Notes: generated from the letters alone by a model not told the origin. A stretch of DNA of 64,000 nucleotides from Camelus dromedarius (GCF_036321535.1 NC_087436.1:81160001-81224000); one strand, 5' to 3'; shown: positions 24,701 through 38,212, counted from the first letter of the stretch. Numbers and translations are program-made.

Positions 24701-26189
24701 TGTCCACCAAGCCACAACCCAGAATTCTGCTCAATTCTTTCATAAACATTGGAAAACCTGTGTGATTTACCAACCAAAGTATTAACAGAAAACATGTGAA
24801 ATAGAAATGGAGGCTGCCCTGAGAGAGAACAAATATTTTGTATCTAGCTACTCTTTCCTGCCAATTGTCCTTGGATTTACAACTCTCTTTAACTTGGTTC
24901 CTAGGTTTGTTTTTTTGTTGCTTGCTTCTAACACTTTGCCTACAGGAAACAGACTAGACATCTAGCCTTGAGTCGTTGTTAGTGTCTTTGGGCTTTTTTT
25001 TTTTTTAAAGTCAAGGCTAAATTTTATTTGGGAGCAAACTCCTTTCCAAAAGTGGTACACTAATGCATGGAACCCTACTGGGATGTGTCTAGTCAGGGGG
25101 AGAAAGCCAAAAGGAGTCCCTGATAGATCTCATCCAGTTGTCCAAGCTTTCCGTAGTAAATAACCCACTTGTTATTCAGGGTGGAGAGGAGCAAAGAGTA
25201 TCAAGACAGGCAATTAAGGCTTCTGGAAAACGATTAGCGCCGGGGCATGACATGATGTAGGGTTCGTTTCTTCAGCACCAGTCACATTGTCTTTCTCATG
25301 ACTCACTGTTTCTGATGTGTCACTTGCTTACAGGAATCACAGGGGAGATAATGACAGAACTGTGCTTGGGGGCTATTTGGCTCTAATCTAGGGACTGTGA
25401 TTTGTCATAATGGGTTCTTTGAAAGACAACTCATTTCAATAGGGATATAACTGACATAAATCAATTCTTATTTGAATAGTTGATTTATTTTGTATTTTAT
25501 TTTTGTTCAGTCTCTCTCCCATAGATAACCTTACTGCCAACTGAATTTTATGGAAATTACCTCAATTTCTTGATACCAAATATATGAAACTACTCACAAC
25601 TGCCATTTTGTCCTCTGTTTACAACAGAGAAATGCTCCCTTTTTCTCCCCAAATCCAGTCTTGCATCTGTCAAGGAATTCCATCCACACCCACTTTTTCA
25701 AGAGCCAGCCATAATCTATTGATTGTACTATTTGCATCTTGTTACATAGCTTTGTCTTCTTCTTCTTCTTTTTTTTTTAGCTTTGTCTTCTATGTTGGAT
25801 TATACCCATGGGCTCACAAGGGTAGCCTGGGAACTGGCATTTTTATTTAAAAAAGCAAACTAATCTCATGCATACTAAAGTTTTAAAAATATGAGCATAC
25901 AATCATGCTATTTTTCCTCTGATTTTAAAAAATCATCTCTTGACCATACTCGTCCCACTAGCCATCACCTCGTATGTTTTGCCTCTTTTTGCAACAGAAT
26001 TGCTCTGTACTCTATACTGTACTCTCCCCCATTCCTGTCTGTGCCTCAACCCATGTGTCCCCCACCCTACTACACATTATTCTTATTATTGTCTTATATA
26101 TATAAGTCTGTTGACTTCTCCTTATTATTGTCATCAGTGTCCTCTACTCTTCCTGAATGCAGTGACTACGTTTCAGCCCTCATAATAAG

Positions 26190-27070
26190 TGCCTGGTGAG
26201 ACCATTTAACAGTGGATCATCACCTCTTTCTTGATATACATTCTTCACTTGGCTTCAAGGACACCACACATTCCTGGTTTTCTTCCTATTTCGCTGCCCA
26301 TGTCTTTTCAGTCACCATTGCTTGTTCCTCCTTGTCTCCTTAACCTCTTCATGACAGGGGGACCTTGGGCTCTGTGTCTGGTCTTCTTTGTCCTGGAGGT
26401 CTAATATTCTCCTGGCTCATGCACAGACTCTGCCCTTCCCATCGCTCTCTTTTATCTCAAACTCTGTAGCCAGGGTGATATTTTTAATAATGTTTATTCT
26501 TTAGAGAAGCTTTAGATTTATTTTTTTTAATTGTGCAGAAAGTATAGAGAGTTCCCTTATACAGAGTGATGTTTTTGATATTCAAATCCAATCAAGTCAT
26601 CTCCTATTTGAAAAAAATCTTACCACAACCCACAGGCCCCCACATAGACCATCCAGTGTGTTTCATCTTCCCCCTTGCTCTCTGAACAATAAGCACACTG
26701 GCTTTCTTTCAGTTTCTCAAAAGCGTCACTCTTTACTCTAGCCACAGAACCTTTATGTGTGCTGTTCTCATTTAAAAAAAATTGTTCCTCCCCCCTTATT
26801 CCAAGATTCATAAGACCACCCCTACTCACTTCTCACATAGTGCCTAATTTGTTACTTCTTCAGGGAACCTGCGCTTAATTCTTTCTCCTAGTCTGTCTTA
26901 ACCCACCATTGAACACCCATGGCCTATATTTCTTGTATAAATAATTTACATCTCTCTCACAAAAATGTAAGTTCCATGAGAGCTAGATTTCTGCTTTTGC
27001 ATTATCATATTTTTCTAGCACATAGAAAATTGCCCAACATGTCATAGCCATTCAATAAATATTTGTGAAA
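26190..27070 (+). mobile_element. L2 LINE 3' relic, with a short L1-like fragment inserted near 26490-26560
   Basis: ttcttcacttggcttcaaggacaccacacattcctggttttcttcct...aatgtaagttccatgag...tcaataaatatttg. Confidence 0.8.
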
Positions 27071-27135
27071 GAAGGAAGGAAGGAAGGAAAGGAAAGGAAA
27101 GGATGGAGGAATTTGGAAGGAAGGGGGAAAAAGAT
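27066..27135. repeat. (GGAA)n/(GGAAA)n purine microsatellite at the L2 tail
   Basis: gaaggaaggaaggaaggaaaggaaaggaaagg. Confidence 0.85.
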
Positions 27136-28843
27136 GGGGGCAGAGAGACACAGGAAATCAGTGTAATATAGAAACGGGTAGATCCTTGGGTTGATAATTA
27201 GGAGCCTTGAGTGTAACACTAATTCTGTTACCCAATTCAAACTCAAAGTTTGGTTTAGCTCAGCGACATCTAATAAGAATCAATGAAGAGCCAGATATTA
27301 TGTGCCAAGCTCTCATCCTCAAGCAGCTGTGGTTTATCATCCCAGAGAACATCCCTTAGAGGTAGAATTCCACTGAACTCTTTGGAAAACCCTGATCAAG
27401 TCCTTTTATGCAGCAGTCCAGCACTCACAGAACTAGTAGGTAGGTAAAATGGGACTCCTGCTCCTGCTATATCTCTTAGGCAAATCCTCTAATCCCTGTG
27501 GTATCCATTTCCTCATCAGTGAAGTGAATGTTACACCATGACATTTCTAGAGGAGACTGCATATGTCAATGTGTGCAAGCTAGCATCACCCAAATGAACA
27601 TAAATTAGTCCCATTAGTCTCCCATCATATATGTGTCAAACTTGTCCTCAACTCTTCTTTCTTTAAGGGCACCTCATTATTTCTAATGTATTGGAATCCA
27701 GTAATAAGTCTTGGTACCATCATTCTCCATCATTTTCTCCCCTACTTGATGTGATGTGTGAAAATCAAATCGTGTGGATGGACTCAGTGGAAAAAGAACA
27801 GGATGATCTGTGTAAAAACTGGATTTCTTTTATGCAGTTGTGTTCCCTTCCCTCTCTAAACGCTGAAAATCCAGATCAGAACCATACATGACCCTTCTCC
27901 GTCAGTATGAGCTGGAAACCAAAGATTAAACTCACTCATTCTGCCCAGCTCATTATTGTTAACTGTGGACCCCAGTGAATTTGATTGCTGCTTCTTTTGA
28001 GATGAATGTCTCCTGCACTTCCTGGGAGCTGGCGGTACCTACTCATTAGTTTTCTGGCACACAAAGCCTCAAGGGCATAAATGTCCTCCGGACAGGACTG
28101 CTGGTGAAGGGACTAATCGTGCATGGGAGACAGGTCGTATGCTCAGTTTATTGGTTACTGACAGAATTACGCAGAAAGAGCCAGGCACGATGGCTTAGTA
28201 TGTTCATAGTGGCTGAAAGCACTGTCTTCTTCAAAGTGCAGTATTATCACCTCCTTGCTCTTCAGACTAATCGAGAGGTCTCATTTTTAATATTTAAATT
28301 TGAAGCTTTGTGTGCTCTGACTTCTATAGCCTTAGCAAGTTCATATTTACCTTTAGGTTACTTATTTGAAAAGATAAAAGAGCCTGTCATATTGACAACC
28401 ACCAACAATGTAAAGAAGTTGTACTGAAAGGGTCAGAGTAAAGGGTCCACAGTGAAAGGAAAGAAGATGGCTCAGACACAGCACTTGGCCTCTGTTACAG
28501 AAGACACTGATGTCTGTGTGAATAAACTGCATGTTGGGCCGGAGCTCCCACAAGTCCAGTATATATCTGAAGCAATTAACAAGTAGAGTCCTACTCTTCC
28601 AGCAAATCTTGAATCTTTAGGATTCCTTGGGCAAATTAGTATTAAAAATTGCTTTTAAATAGGACCTAAAATTCACCTAATAACATTAGATTTTATCTTT
28701 AACTGCAAAAAAAAAAAAAAAAAAGAAAAAAAGAAAAAAGAAAAACCCACCCCAACATCAAATGGGAGATTATAATGTTTTTTTAGAATCTCAACAAGAT
28801 TTAAAATAAAAGTCTCCTTCACAACGTACATAATATATTCTAC

Positions 28844-29066
28844 TTTTGAAAGGACTGTTTGCACTAAAAAGGTGGTCCAAATTAGAGTTAATTTTTTAAT
28901 TTTATAAAAATAACAGGAAAGAATAGCAATAAAGAAATATTTTATAGAAACAATAGTAAAGAAGTTTTAAAAAAACTTGAAGGATTGTTTGAACTAAATC
29001 TGTGGTCCAAATTAGTTAATTTATTTTTTATTTTATAAAAATGACAGTAAAGAAGAACAATAAAGC
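28844..29066. repeat. Diverged tandem duplication, period about 130 bp
   Basis: tgaa(a)gga.tgtttg.actaaa...gtggtccaaattag..ttaattt..ttttataaaaat.acag.aaagaa..caataaag occurs twice (gtggtccaa at 28872 and 29002). Confidence 0.85.
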
Positions 29067-29769
29067 CCTTGACATTTCTCAATATCTGTCCAATACAGTA
29101 TATAGGAGGTATCTCACACGGCAGAAATTATAAAGATCAACATCTTCAGTGAAGGATGAATATCTGTTCTTAGGTGTGGCTAGAACAGCAATAGGAGAAC
29201 TGGCATCTTATTTCCACTTTTGGGAGACCTGGAACCCACATCAGATAAGATCCCTTGCGTTTTGAGGCTTTGCAAGTTTTGTTCAATCATGTAAACTCCA
29301 GACTGTTTTAAAGTGTTTTTTATAACCAGGGGATGAGTGAATGTGGCTTTTTTATATTACCAAGATTATAGATTTAAATCCATTAAAAGATTAGCTCACT
29401 AGTGTTTGTGTGATTTGCTATTATTGTTTCCATCTTCCTATTCCAAACATGAATTGGCTTCTAAAGAAATCAGTCTGAATCTGAAATGAAAGTGAAAAGA
29501 TACTGTAGAGAATATTGTAAGGAAAATGAAATTCAGTAAATCTCTTTCTCTTATTTTATGAGTTGTAAGGAAACTTAAAGATTATTGTGCTCATTTTTCA
29601 GATGAGGACTATGGCTCCCAGAGACGTTATTGTGGCCAACCTTGTATAAATGCCCACATTCCCTGTTGAGTAGTCTTTCTACTCTTCCATATTCTGTTTG
29701 ATTGTATTAATACTAAATTTCCTTGATTTCTCAAGTTTAAGGGGCAAGACTACTCCTCGTCTGCTTGAC

Positions 29770-29965
29770 TTTAGTAGTACAGTCATTATCATAATACCTA
29801 TTATTTGATGTACTTTAAGTGCTAAGTATCATATTAGGCCCTTTATATGCATTATTTTGCTTATTTTTGGCCATCATTATGAGTTAAATATTGTTTTTTC
29901 TTATGGTGAAGTTAGGTTCAAAAGATTAAGGAGCTTTCCAAGATCACAGGATTAAGTTTGTGACA
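29770..29965 (-). mobile_element. MIR SINE relic
   Basis: ttatttgatgtactttaagtgctaag...ggccctttatatgcattattttgctta...tccaagatcacag. Confidence 0.6.
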
Positions 29966-30879
29966 GAGAGAGATCCAAGTTTTCTGAGTTGGTTCATTTA
30001 GGTGAGAAATAGAAAATGATCAGAGAAATTAGAATTTTGTCTTCTAGTAAAAATATTGTGAGATTTTTTTTTTTTAGATCACTGAAACATGGTATCTGTA
30101 GTTAACTAGCAATATATTTTATTGATGAAAATTTCTTGTTAGTTTTATGTATCATTAGCTAATAGGAAACTGTTTCCATATTTGGCATTAAAAATTCTCC
30201 TGGCTAAATTAGTATTGGATGTTGGGGCTAGATTTTGAAGAGACACTTCCTTTAAACAGCAGTATTTGAGTTGGTTTGTCTATTGCTCTTACCTGTTACC
30301 CATCTGCTGTAGGGGATGGGGGCCTCACCTGTGCCCACCTGTTGAGCGGCCAGGACTGTAGTGTGACAGCTGTGTCCCGAGACAGGTGGAGAACCAGGAA
30401 GCCTTCCCTCCCCTAACCTGCCCCATACACATACGTTGTCAGAGTGCTGTTCAGTGTCACCATGGAGGCAAGGTACGGAGTGACAGGAAAAACTCTGTAG
30501 TCTTTTCAGTAGTTTTCGAAGGCCACGTATATAAATATATTAAAACTAAGATGGCAAATAATTGCATGGAAAATTACTTCAGGAAATTGACCAAAAGTCA
30601 TTAAAACACCATACAGCAGGAAGAAGTATGAGGAGGTCACGTTTATCCAACAGTGTAATGTTGAGCCGTCTTGTTATGCCAACTATTTATTGTTAGGAAA
30701 GTTTCAGTGCAGAGGACAATGTTCCTTGAGTATTGACCTTGAAAGGAGACAAATCAGTGTAAGTTGACAAAATTGAGTGCTTGTTTAAAGGTATATATTA
30801 TTTGATATTAATTTCTGTGTGGGCAACCATATTAACTGACTTCTAGTTTTATAACTATCCTGTCAGAAAAAGTTTGATT

Positions 30880-32172
30880 TTAACAACTTTGTTCAGGTAG
30901 AATTCATGTACCATACAATTCACGCGTTTAAGCCTACAGTTCAGTGGTTTTTAGTATATTCACAGAGTTGTGCAATTACCACCACAATCAATTCTAGAAC
31001 TTGTTCATTACCCCAAGTAATAAACCTCATACCCATTCCTCAGTCCCATTTCAGCCAAGCTTCAAACATCAGCCAACCATTAACCTACTTTCTATCTGTA
31101 TAGGTTTGCCTATTTGAGACATTTCATATGAATGGAATTAGACAGTATGTGGTCTTTATAAATGGTTTCTTTCACTTAGCACATTTTCAAGGTTTATCCA
31201 TGTTATGAGTAATATTTCATTGTATGGAGATATCACTTTTATTTATTCCTTAATCTGTTGGTGAATATTTTGCTTTTCTTCCAGTTTTTTGCTATTATGG
31301 ATAATGCTGCTGTGGGCATTCATGTACAAGTTTTTGTGTGGATGTATATTTCAGTTCTTTTGGGTATATTCCTGGGAGTGAAATTGCAAGGTCTGTAACT
31401 CTATGTTTAACATTTTGAGTGACTGCCAGACTGTTTTCCAAAGTGACCGAATGATGTTACATTTCCACTAGCAATATTTGAGGGTTTCAGTATCCTTAAT
31501 ATTCAACCTCAGTATCCACAATATTTCAACCTCGATGGGGTTTCCCCATATCCTCACCACTTTTTAGTTTATAATTGGCACACTGTAAACAATTAATCAA
31601 ATATAGGTGGAGATGAAGTGATCTCTCGCATTTGATTCCCATTTCCCTGCTGGCTAGTGATGCTGAGCTCTGTGTGTATGCTCTGGCCATATGTATGTCT
31701 TTGAGAAATATCTGTTTAAATTTTTTGCCTATTTTTCTATAGTTACCTGACTGGTTTTTGTTGTTGCGTTGTAAGAGATCTTTATGTGATCTGGATACAA
31801 GTTTCTTATCAGATATATGATTTGCAAATATTTTCTCCCATTCCATTGGGTTGTCCTTCTACTTTCTTGACAGTGTTCTTGAAGCACAGGACTTCTAAAT
31901 TTTGATGACATCCAACTTATGTATTTTTGTCTTTGGTCATTTTGTATCATATCTAAGAAGACTTTGCCTAAATCAGATCATGAAGTTCTATTCCTAAGCT
32001 GTCTTCCTAGAATTTATTATAATTTACTCTTATGTTTAGGTGTATTGAGTTTTTTTTTGTATATGGTGTAAAGAAGAGGTCCAACTTTTTTTTTTTTAAT
32101 GTAGCTATCCAGTTGTTCTTAGCACCCTGTGTTGAAAAGGGCTTTTTCCCCCCATTGGATTGTTTTGGCACT
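30880..32172 (-). mobile_element. L1 (L1MB-like) 3' UTR plus ORF2 C-terminal relic
   Basis: The minus-strand ORF EWEKIFANHISDKKLVSR..KDLLQ is ORF2p-like. The 3' end taccatacaattcac..tttaag..tacagttcagtggtttttagtatattcacagagttgtgcaa is typical of L1MB. Confidence 0.9.
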
Positions 32173-32689
32173 GTTTTTATTGTTTTAAGTTATGAGGTTT
32201 TTCTCCCTCTGGTTGAGCCAGCTGCAGATAGCACAAGACCAAGCATGTTTCTTAAAAAGCCTCATTCTTTAATTTGCAGTCCTTCTCTTGTCTGCTGCCT
32301 GCTGTCTACGTTAGCCCCAGGGAGGGTGCTCCAGCTCTCGTGAGGGATCACCGCGGATTGCCTTTTGATGTAATTAAAGCTTTGAAAATAAAAGGGGCAT
32401 TTAGAGACTATGCCTCACCTGGCTTGCTCTGTTAATTGCTTCTCTTAATGTGGCCACTGGTCCTCTTCCAGCTTCCAGCTGGGGGAAGTATTGGGCTCCC
32501 TGCTTGCTCTCCTCTTGCCTGACCTCTTCTCTCCGCCTCCCCAGCACCCTGAGTCTTGATAATTTGAGTCTGCTTGGTCTTCTCCCTGTATGTCCTTCCC
32601 CAGGTTGCCAGTCTGCATTTAATTGAATGAAAAACTCAGGACCTTCCCTAACTCAGGGTGTAAGCTTTAAATCCTCTGTCTTCCTCACC

Positions 32690-33340
32690 CTTGACATCCA
32701 GCCCATCAGCCAGGGGTGCTGACTGTACTTCCAATCCCCACTCTGTCTTCTTCTCTCCATCACTTCTTTTTCATTCTTATCTAGGCCATATCACTCTCTC
32801 CTAGCTTTCTCAACCCTGTTCTCTCCCAAAATTCCGGAAAGATCATTTTATAATAAGCTAAACCACATCACTGGCTGTATGACGGCTTCAACAGCTCCAC
32901 TGCACTTAGCATATCATCCAGACTCCAGGGACCACTCACAGCCCTGCTGGACCACACCCCCACCTGTCACCCCTTGCTCCCCATGCTCCAGCCACACTGG
33001 CTTGCATTATAGTTCATGAGAGCCCCCAGAGTTTTCAGATGTGAAGCCTTTCGTGCATGTTGGACCCCCCGCCTTGTAATGCTCTCGCCCCAGTTTTTGG
33101 TTGGTTGGTTTGTTTCTATTTCTTATCATTCAACTCTCAATTGAAATATCTTCTCAGAGGAGACCTCCTGATGAAAGTAGCTTCCTCCAGTCTGATATTC
33201 TTTGTGAGTCATCTTGTTCATCTCTGTCACAGGGCTTTACATTTGGAACTTAATGACTTTAACTTTTGATTCCTGTTTTATTCACTGTTGTATTCTGTGT
33301 GCTCAGCTCATAGTTGGCACATGATAAACAATTAATCAAA
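32690..33340 (+). mobile_element. L2 LINE 3' relic
   Basis: catccagcccatcagccagg..ctgactgtacttccaa, tgctccagccacactggc, tctcaattgaaatatcttctcagaggagacct, tggcacatgataaaca. Confidence 0.7.
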
Positions 33341-33589
33341 TTACCATCATCTTCCTTTCCCTCCTCTTGCTCCTCTTTCTTTCATGTTGAGAGAGTGGAG
33401 GAAGACGTCATTCTTCTCATATTTTTAGCCCATGGCTTCATTTATCAGGAGATGAGCGCCCACCTCACCCACTGTTATCCTCTGTTCAGAGGTATTTTCA
33501 AACATAAACCACCTGCAGCTGCTCCTTGCCAGCCCCACGCTCCCCGAGAAACGCAGATACCCCAGGCACAAGACAGCGAGAGCAACAGC

Positions 33590-33750
33590 TAACTTTTTTG
33601 AGCATTTATTCTGGTCATTATGTTTGGATTCTTGTTGAACTTAATGGTGCTAGAAGGTGCTTGCTATTTTTCTCTGAATTTTACAAAGAAGAGGAAGCTT
33701 CAAGGTGAAATCACTTGTCCAAGGTCACCAGCTGGTAAAACGGCAGAGCC
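33590..33750 (-). mobile_element. MIR SINE relic
   Basis: aattttacaaagaagaggaagcttcaaggtgaaatcacttgtccaaggtcaccagctggtaaaacggcagagcc. Confidence 0.7.
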
Positions 33751-34830
33751 CTTTCACAGAAGCATTTTGCGATTCTTTCAGAAGGAGCTGGGAGACTAGA
33801 CACTAACAGGAGGGTTTTCTCCCTTTAGCATCACACAGGTGATGCGTGTGTCCCTCTAGGCAGGACAGGAGAGATGACAGAAAACAGTATCGGGATCAGG
33901 CTGAAGATGGCGCTAGGATGGCTTTCGTCATTAGGAAAAGGACGAGGACTTCTTGGAGAACGTCTACAGTGATATCTTATTAAATGACTCAGAAGTAAAG
34001 AAAAATATCATTAAAAAAAAACAAAAAAACACCGGCTTTTGTTTTCATTTTCGGAAATATCCCTGAATGCAGACAGTTTGAAAGTGGTGTCATTAAATGT
34101 GTGAAGCTTCTTGCTGTCTGAGTATGACTTATTTATTTTGTCAGTTTCAGTTTTGTTGGATTGGGTGTGTGTGTGGCTCAGAGACAGGCGGGAATGCCAG
34201 ATACCTGGTACATGGTTGCAAGCACTGTGGCGAAGAATTGCCTTTGTCACCCAGATGTGGGCCATTTTCCTCCCTGGGAATAGGAAGAAGGGCAGTGACA
34301 CTGAAACTGAAAGCAGAGAAGGAAACTGGATCTGTTGCAGTGCCTAGTGACATTTTGGTGCAGAGTTTTTACAAACTCACAGCTCCCTCACATGAATGTA
34401 GGAGTAGAAAGAATTGTCCCAAGGAGATAACTTCTTTTGCAGGCCCTGGTGCTTTGCCTTCATGTTTTATGTGGTGGTCACATGTTATAAGGGCAGCAGA
34501 CATCATTCCACGTGTAATGATTTTGTAGTTCAAAGACCAAACCAACTGAAAAGATCTGCTCTTTAAAAACTCTCATTTCCATTGAGGGGATTATGGAAAA
34601 CATGACAGTGTTTAAAAGTCTATGTTCTATTTGCCAACATGGGGGAGGGAGTGGAAAAGTTGGGTGGAGGGAACAGGCCAAATGCCATGTGACTCCTAGA
34701 GGGTCTGTGGGGAAGACGCCATCTGCCACCAGTTGGCAGGATTTGGTCACCAGGGCACAGAGTGGGCAATTGTCCTCAGCTTTGGAGGCAGAAGCTGGCA
34801 GCTGACCCAGTAGTCTGCTTTCTCCTAGAA

Positions 34831-34934
34831 GAGATAGACAGTCATTGAGCTGAGAGAGCAATGATGTCTCTCTCAGATCGTGAGATTGACAGTCATTGAG
34901 CTGAGAGAGCAATGATGTCTCTCTCAGATCGTGA
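34831..34934. repeat. Near-perfect 51-bp tandem duplication (2 copies, 1 mismatch)
   Basis: gagat[a/t]gacagtcattgagctgagagagcaatgatgtctctctcagatcgt starts at 34831 and 34882. Confidence 0.95.
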
Positions 34935-37900
34935 AGCATAGAAACTGGGAGAAAATGAGGGAGGGCCCAAGAGAGTGGGAGGAGGAGGAAATAAAGAAAA
35001 GGAATACTGAGGAACTCAGCCTGCCTATTTAGCTAAGCTTGAGATTGATTCACTCACTAATGGAACAGAAAATCTGCATTTCTGAATTGAGTAAATAACT
35101 GAATTACCAAACTACTGTGGGTGTAGGAGAAAAGATGATAATGAAAAGTATGTGCATGTGTATACATATAGATATAGAGAGATATAAATGCATGTTGACT
35201 TAATTCACTGATGCCTACTCTTTACCAGGCAAAGAAATATTACATAAATTTCACAATGATGCCATTAAAGTAGGTTTTTTGATTGGGTCCAATTTACAGA
35301 TGTGGATACTGAGGTTTGTGACAAGGTGTAGTCTCTGGTTTATATGACTCCAAAACATGTGCTGCTATCCAGTGTTTATATAGTCTCCATTATTAATGGT
35401 TTCACATTTTTAAAAAATATCACTAGCTAGCTTAGACATTTCTTTGGGGGCCAAAACATCATCCTATTTTTGTTATATCTCAGTGCCATTTTGCACATAG
35501 CTTATAAGCAACAAATAATTATTTTTAGGATCTTTAGCATACTGTTTAAACTTGTTAAAATATAGGTATTTTGTGGTAAACTATATCTGAAATTTCATAC
35601 GGAGTACCTAACTTAGTTAAAATGTTGTAAACCTCATGGTGTACATGAAACCCAGAGAATGAAGTCTGGGATAATGGAAGTTTATGGGAAATCTCAGTGC
35701 ATCATCAGGGCCCCTGGATCTCAGTTAAAGTGAGAGAATCTGGATCTCTGAGCAATAATGGATGTTCTTGAAATTCACATTCATCAGGAAGAATTTGAAA
35801 GCTAAAGGAAGACCATGTGGTTAAATTACTGTGTATGGTTACCTGGCTGGAAAAAAAGAAAGAAAAATTACGGAATTTAAGTGGAGGCTAGAATATATCA
35901 CTGTCATTAAGAAGATATTTGGGAAAATAAAAGAAGTCTGGGACCTTGGAAGGGAAATGGAGAGGAAGACTAACTCAGGTCAAGTTTTTGAAAGCGTCAA
36001 AGGAACCGAACACACAGAGAAGAGGAGCATCAGTGTTGCCCTGGAGTGGCCGTTCCCAGTCTCTCCTCCTCCTTCCACTGAGACCCCAGGCAGCCTAGGT
36101 CACCGCAAGTCAGCCCCAGAGCGCAGCGACTGCAACCCTGCTCCCTTGCTCTCTCGCTCGAGGAACACCCCAAAACTCAAGTGAAAGTAGCCTTACACCA
36201 GTTTTAATTATAAATAAGCAAATCTCTTGCAAACAGTACTATTTTCATTGTCATTAGCAACTACTAGATTGCGACATAGCTCGTAAAACAGCAGCATGAC
36301 ATCCAGGCTGAAAACTACTGAGTATTTAACTTGCAGGGACTTTGCAGATCTCGAATCCCACGATTAATGGATGGTTTTACTAAGAGCTATTGAATTACTG
36401 TTCAGTAGATGATTTTCATCCTCAGTATCTTTTTTAAAAAGCAACTCTTTGAAGAAATCCATCTGTTTGTAAATGTGTCTTTTTCCAGTGGTTCTGCTGT
36501 TTGTTTTGATTATCATATATGAATTCAGCTTTTTCCAAATATTCGCATAAAAAAAAATGGAAGCCATTTTCCACTTGAAAAATGCTTTTCATTTTGTAAG
36601 ACCCCAGAGTCCTTTACTGGTAACACTGCAATTCAGACATGTTTGGCATTAAGTATCAACCCTGGAGAGACAGGAGGCCTGGCTTCTGTTCCCTGGAATG
36701 GTTATTTGCTTGACTTCAAATCCCACGGCCCCTGAATCTGTGAATTTTCAGAATTCTGGTTTTAATCTCAGTCACATTCTTACTCTATGTATGTGAGAAA
36801 GACATAAGGCCCAGATCGCCAAATGACTGAACAGGATGTCCTAAATGGGACTGAAAATTAGTCCTGCAAGTGAGAATTCAGTGAGAATATACCTTTGGCA
36901 TGTTGCCGATTAAATCCTACTTCACTCTTTAAGAAGAGAAAGAGGGTGAGAGAGAGAGAGTTTGCTTGAGGCTGAGATTGACCAAGATTCCTAGCAAATC
37001 CTCACCGCGTAGAGGTAAACAAGGCAGTTGCTTGTAGCTCTGAGTGGCAGGACTCCAGAACCACTTGTAGCAGAAAAGGAAGGCCTGGGTTGACTGATCT
37101 TTCATATTAGTTCAGGGATATTTTCACTATGTAGCACTTTTTTTTTTTTTAAGGTTTCTTGAGTCTTTTAAAAATATATCTGTCCCCATAAATGCCCTCC
37201 GTTAAGCCCTCATTTCAGAGAATTCTTAATAGGCATTTCAGGCAATAGAGGGAATTAGCCAGGTGGTACAGAGTGTCTCTCTGCAAGGCTGCATCCACAG
37301 CTGGACAAGTCAAAATATGCCCTCCACTTTCAGAAGCCTCCTGGTCCTTAATCTGGCCTCAGTATTCTCCATTATTAATTCTAAACCATGTTTAAATATG
37401 GAGGGTAGAGCAATGTGCTTTTCTCTTCAGAGCAGCTGTCATTGTCAGGTGTGGGTAAACTGGTGCCAGGAAAGGGTAGAAAGATGAGAATCTTATAAAT
37501 TCAGCAAGTACTTATCATGTACCTACTCGCACTCTGCACAGTATAGAAGACATAAAAAAGTGGACAAAATAATGAATGATCTAAACTCAAGACGTTGATA
37601 ACTAATTGTCTGCAGAGTACCAAAAACAGTGTATTACATACAAGAAAGTTCTCTGCACCAAAGTACGTACTGGAGGGTTTCATTGAGGGGAGAGTTCCCT
37701 TAGCTGGACTGGATTGGAGGCTGGAATTTATGTTTTCAAGTCTGTAAGTTCTCCCAGCTCCTCCTCCAGTAAACCTCACAGCCTATCCCTGAACCACTGA
37801 ACCAGGAGATCACAAAAGATACATTTTTTTCTTACGATATTTCTTATACTTGATTGTTATTTTTCCTCTATATAATTTCAGTTTCTTAAACATTCATCTC

Positions 37901-38212
37901 ATACCCTGACCTTTCAAATAAAGAGTGGATTCCTTAGGGACAGGGGCTGTAGTTTTCATCTCTGTGTATCCCTTAGCAACGTGCCTGGACAGGGGAGGCA
38001 CTCGGGTTGCTCAAGTGGCCAGCATACAGGACTTCAGCTTCCTTACCTGTGTGTGACCCAACCATGACTTGGAACCCATTGCCAGTCAGTCCCAATACAT
38101 ACTGAGAACAGTTGCTTCTTTCCGTCTTGTAGAATCGTTATGAACCGGCTTTAGAAAGAACATTTTTTTCCACTTTTAAGGAAATGCCTAAAGCAACATG
38201 AGCAAAGCTTTT

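Noticed and set aside
34097..34939. Longest supplied ORFs (143 aa plus strand, 153 aa minus strand)
   Set aside because: No recognisable domain or exon structure; the minus-strand ORF is lengthened by the 51-bp duplication. Chance ORFs.
36040..36370. Small CpG-containing patch considered as a CpG island or promoter
   Set aside because: Too short and too sparse in CpG, with no associated splice donor recognised.
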